NCBI GenBank assembly: GCA_010015805.1 | Contig: ML978126.1 | Span: forward strand, 868,001 to 932,000 | Source: Rhizodiscina lignyota | Taxonomy: Eukaryota | Direction: 5' to 3' | DNA: 64,000 bases | Shown here: one piece after another, positions 59,580 through 64,000 of the stretch | Layout: every line of letters begins with the position of its first letter | Numbering within the stretch: the first letter of the stretch is position 1 | Translations under genes and position numbers: made by a program | The notes under the pieces: generated by a model | The model's database searches: none | Told to the model about the DNA's origin: nothing | What the model saw: only the letters and a program-made list of their open reading frames with translations

Positions 59580-61658
59580 TCATTTACGCTTAAACAATCC
59601 TCTGAACTTTCCTCTTATTGATATCACCTGTCCCTCCCGCTGTGCAGTCGTGCGACCCTCAGCAAGCTCCTCCAGTCCCTTGCTCGGGATCTCATAGCCC
59701 TTTCCAGTCCTCGCGTTCTGGACGTCTGGTATCCACGCCCACGAGAAGATGCTTCCAAAGGCCATGATCGCAGCGAAGATGATCAGGATGTATCCAAGGC
59801 CATTTGAATTCGGATCGGAGATCTTCCTCCCGTTTATGGAGATTGCAGGGAGAATGGCTTGGACGATGATGGAACCCAGTTTTCCGGAGGCAGCTGAGAT
59901 ACCGTGACAAGTACAGCGATAACGTGTTGGGAAAATCTCTGCAGGAAGGATGAAAGTGAGCGAGTTTGGGCCTGCAATTGGATCATTAGCGCTCGCGGAC
60001 AGCAGCGGAATGAGGAAAATACTAACCGAGATTGAAGAAGAATTGGCACAGAGCGTACAAAAAGATGGTGAGGATAAAGGTCGACTTCTGGAACGTGCCG
60101 AGGAAGCTGCCTCCGGTAGCCGCGAGGATGATGGCCATGATGATGAACGACCAAGAGAGGCCTTTCTTGCGAGGGAAATAGTTGATGACCTTGATCAGGA
60201 TCATGCTACCAAGAACAGAGCCAATGGATACTGTGATCAGTTGGTGCACAGCGTTGTCGTGCAGAACGTCGTAAATTGTGGCATTCGGCTTCGATGCATC
60301 AGCTTGCCACGCCAGAATGGTAGAGTTGTTGTGTGTCGTGATCGGCTTTGATTGCCAGAGCTTGGCAAGAGTGCGAGGGTTGTTGATTCCGAGTCTAGCA
60401 AGCCGTTAGTAGGTGCAGAGGATGACGAGGACGGTTACTGACCCATAAAAAGCAAAGTCCAATAGAAACCATGTTATGGAAGTCCCAGCTAGATACCTCC
60501 AGTTGCCCTCAACCAGAAAGTATTGCCTCAGATCCTTTACGGAGAAAGGCACTGGGAGCGCCTCGTCCGGGGGATCCTCAATTGCGCTAGTGGCGTCGCT
60601 GCCAGGTATTGAGAAACCATCCACTTCCTCCATCTCATCACCCTCGCCGAGTTCAATATCGCTGACGAGGCCGTAGTGTCCACGCGTCTCCTCCAAGGCA
60701 CGTTTACTCTCGTTAGCCACATCCAGTGTGAAGCGTCCACTCTCGGGAATAGTCAAGCGGAAGAGGATTGCCACCAAAGCCGGAATGGCTCCGACACCAG
60801 CAACCCAGCGCCACGCGCTATCAATGGTTCGTCTTGTTAGCTCATCGTCGTTTGCAGTGTCGAAATGGGTGGAGTGCCTGAAGCCTTCAAGCACACCAAA
60901 GCCGACGAGCGTAGCCACAAGTTGCCCAAGACTCTGCATAATGAACACGCTCGCAAGCATCCTGGCTCTACATCCCACAGCAGCCCACTCTGATGTAATA
61001 ATGGCTGATAGAGGGTATTCCGCTCCGATACCTTTTGTATACGTTAGATGAGTTGCAGAATTCGTCGTAACTAGAGAATAACTCACCTAATCCCATGAAA
61101 AACCGCCATGGAAGAAGCCAGCCAAGGATTGACATACTCCTATTAGCACCCTCAGAGCTCTGCGCCACGCCAATGGTACTGAAGATGACGATGATCAGCT
61201 CGAGACCATAGAGTCGCCGGCGTCCAAATCGATCCGCGAGGAAGCCGAATAGAATCTGTCCCACAAAGGAGCCAAGGAGGGTGACGACATTGATCCAGGT
61301 CTCATGGCCGATACTCGTGTCGTCTCTCCAATATACGAAGCTCAAGGCCGGTAAAATCTGGTTTGTGGCGAAGAGATTGTAACTGTCTGTGAAGAAGCCG
61401 CTGGATTTCGGGTTAGGGAGGCCTACTCAACTCTTCCAGGGGGAGAACTTGCCTCGCAGCGACAGCCCATACCGTCCAGTCGAAACCATATCGATCTATG
61501 TCATTGATGATCTGAGTTCGCCTTTGCGATCGTTTCTGCGAAATACTGTCAGCTTACGCTCGCCACTTTTGGCGATGCGGCATTACCTGTAGATGCCTGG
61601 CCGCATGTAGCGGATTGTGCTGCCAAAGCGCCGTCTGCTGCCCGTCGGGGGGCGCCAT
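59580..61658 (-). CDS. MFS phosphate:H+ symporter, Pho84-like (exons 61587-61658, 61453-61535, 61087-61400, 60443-61031, 60027-60394, 59580-59971)
   Basis: Motifs [68 protein letters not shown] and [36 protein letters not shown]. Five introns, one of them GC-AG. Confidence 0.93.
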
Positions 61659-61984
61659 TGCGAAAAGGCAACTTCAGCTCAGTTAAGATGTGCTGATGAT
61701 TGCGTATAGTTCGGACTCATCAGCAGATGCAGTCCTTAAAATCATTTTGAGCCACAAGGCTGCCGCGGCAATATAGAGCACGAGGTTTGAAGGACGCCCA
61801 GAAGCCACACCACCTCACCCAGGCCAGCAGCTCAAGTATCGCCAGACCCTGACGCCCTGTCGGTGGGATCTGGTTACACAGCCTGGCCCGTGCGGACGCC
61901 AATACGACTCAGTTACCCAATTTCTCAAACTCGACGTCGTGAGGCAGACAACGGCGCTCGCCTACGGGAGGAGCATTATCAAGA

Positions 61985-61990
61985 CACGTG
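61985..61990. promoter_or_regulatory. CACGTG E-box, candidate Pho4/Nuc-1-type site upstream of the phosphate transporter
   Basis: A single CACGTG about 330 bp upstream of ATG 61658. It is a short motif and may occur by chance. Confidence 0.25.
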
Positions 61991-62534
61991 CGACAATGGT
62001 TGCGAGGCTGGACGTGTTGATCATTTCAATTTATAAAGCGTTGCCCTGAGGAGCTTGACCGAGGAGGCGAAGCAAGCCAAGACGAGAGATGGACGTTGTG
62101 ACTTGGAACGCCAAACGCGTGGGGCCACAGGGCGAAGTAGGTAGCGAGGACGGGTCCCACCAATGTTTTGCCTGTCGCCGGCGCCCACCCGACCCGCCAG
62201 TCGGCGCAGCCAGCAAGCGCGTGCATGAGGCTTTACCTCCGCCAGCGGCTACAAGCATTCGCCCGGCAGATGTGCCCCTTGACTAACTCGTCGTTCTGTG
62301 GGCACACGTACGGCCACATGCGCGCAGCCTCTGGCCTTGGGGATTTCGTAAAACCAGCTCATCAGAGCTTCCTGTTGCCATCTTCTACCAACATCTCCAG
62401 CCTCTCTCCCCCAAGCGTGGGCGTGGCCCTTTGCGGCACACTTGAATGCGCCCACACAACCCCGCATCGGCACCAACATCGACAATTTCGTTTTTGCCCA
62501 ACGCTCGGCCCTTCCGGGGCCAGAGCACTGCTAA

Positions 62535-64000
62535 ATGTCCTTTGGCGTTGGATATGGCGACGTCGTGACTGCGTTTCGACAGGGCAAGCAGGTGTGGGAC
62601 AGCTTCTACGACGACTTTGAAAATGCGCCAAAGCAGGTTCGCGAGCTGTTGGAGATTGCGACTTCGGTGCGCGAGTCTGTCGTCTCGTGGGCAGAGTTGG
62701 TGAAGGGCTGGGGTCAAGAGCTGCCGGGACTGGAGTCGATCAAGAAAAAGCTGGATGAGGCAGACGATTTTGTGAAGAAGTACAGCGAACTTGTCCCGGA
62801 GCAGCCGGGCATCTTCTCCATAGATGCGAAGCACCGCGCAAAGCGCTTCTTCAAGACGTGGAGACATGCATTCGATGAAAGAGCGCGGCATATCAAGGAA
62901 GGCCTGCAGTTGCAGTTGCAGATGCTTCACGATAAGGTCTTTCTCATCGCATTGTATGTGTGCGAGCCACGGCAGATAAGACGTTTACTTACATTCCACC
63001 CAGCCAAAATGCCCAAAATCGAGTTCCCGGTAGCACCTATGGCTACCCGAGCCGTGATGATGTTCTGAATGACGCGTCACTGCTTCTCCAGAGAGCACGT
63101 GAAGAGCGTAAGAGAATCGAATTTCAGGCAAACCGCTTACGGATCGAGCCAAACCACACGCACAGCGACAACCTGATCCTCCAAGCGGAAGAGATTCTTC
63201 GAGGCCGACTCAGACTTCCGCAAATCGAGGATTCCCGGCCGTTGCCGATTGACCAAGGTGGTCCAGGCCTTCTACCGGCCAACTTTCTTCAAGGAATCGT
63301 CCTCAATCACGACAACACTCTCCATGCACCGCTTCGAAGAGGAACGGTGGAGCCCCAGGTATGGACGATGCCTTCGAGTCCTATCGAGTCACCGTCCGCT
63401 CACCCGTCGGTTCAACCGTCTGCTCAGCCTTCGGCTTTGCCTTCGCCATACATACCGGCAAGTGAAGTATCGACTCCGGTGACAAGAACACCCAGCATCG
63501 CATCGACTATGCGGACGACGACGACAATGACTCCCAGCACCATGGTCACAACGCCACTACCACCAGCGCCAAGCATCAAAGCACAAGACTCGGATGCTAT
63601 TCCTCCGTGGCTTGGCGAACCATCACTACCTACCCATCGCGCAACATTTGCCCCTAAAGATTCAAGCAAGCGTTTCAAGCTGGACACCTACCGCTTCATA
63701 GCAATCCCAAACTCGTCGCGGGGTCGATATCTGGAATGGAGGGGAGAAAACCCTGCTCATGCTCTACGACACGTTATTCCGACGCACACCCACGATACAT
63801 TCCCATACACGAAACATAGCACCTTCAAAGAACCGCGGCGTGTGACCTTCGGGTCGCCGCATATGTGCACTGTGACTGACAACGGCAAACGCATTATGCA
63901 CAAGAAGTATGATGTAGAATACCGTTTTACGCAGGACGAGTTCCTTAAAGTGTTCCAGAGCGATGTCCGGGATAAGGACTTGATTGGAACGTTTGAGGCG
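62535..64000 (+). CDS. Protein with N-terminal HeLo-like domain, Ser/Pro/Thr-rich linker and further globular region; truncated by the window end (exons 62535-62953, 63004->64000)
   Basis: MSFGVGYGDVVTAFRQGKQVWDSF..ENAPKQVRELL matches the MSFGxxxGD-type N-terminus. Intron 62954-63003 (GTATGT..CTTAC..CAG) leads into a frame open to base 64000 (..VEYRFTQDEFLKVFQSDVRDKDLIGTFEA). Confidence 0.75.

Noticed and set aside
1..64000. tRNA/rRNA genes, LTR or Starship-type large mobile elements
   Set aside because: I recognised no cloverleaf, rRNA, reverse transcriptase, transposase or tyrosine-recombinase sequence by eye. A covariance-model or HMM scan would be needed to exclude them fully.

Overview
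This is eukaryotic genomic DNA from a filamentous ascomycete (Pezizomycotina-type). It is gene-dense, with short spliceosomal introns carrying GTRNGT donors, CTRAC/CTAAT branch sites and YAG acceptors. I assembled the gene models by hand from the ORF track and splice signals. Conserved housekeeping genes are MSH3 (truncated by the left edge and absent from the ORF track), a CSC1/OSCA channel, dolichol kinase SEC59, M1 aminopeptidase APE2, F-box/Sec10 RCY1, a Par32/DUF3602 protein, a synaptojanin-like phosphatase and a PHO84-like transporter. Accessory genes lie between them. The most interesting element is a compact four-gene amine-catabolism cluster at 10996-19492. It encodes a Rid (YjgF/RidA-superfamily) domain fused to a flavin amine oxidase ending in the peroxisomal signal SKL, a Zn2Cys6 regulator, a second flavin amine oxidase and an ACT-family permease. 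A shared ATCTA[A/G]CCGCGC motif occurs in both divergent promoters. Also present are a 470-bp TA-flanked Tc1/mariner-type MITE with a RIP-like AT-rich core inserted into a frameshifted HeLo-like gene, three HeLo-like-N-domain genes in total, a frameshifted AusD-like methyltransferase and two GC-AG introns. I could not support any rRNA, tRNA or CRISPR feature. All family calls come from motif recognition, not database searches.
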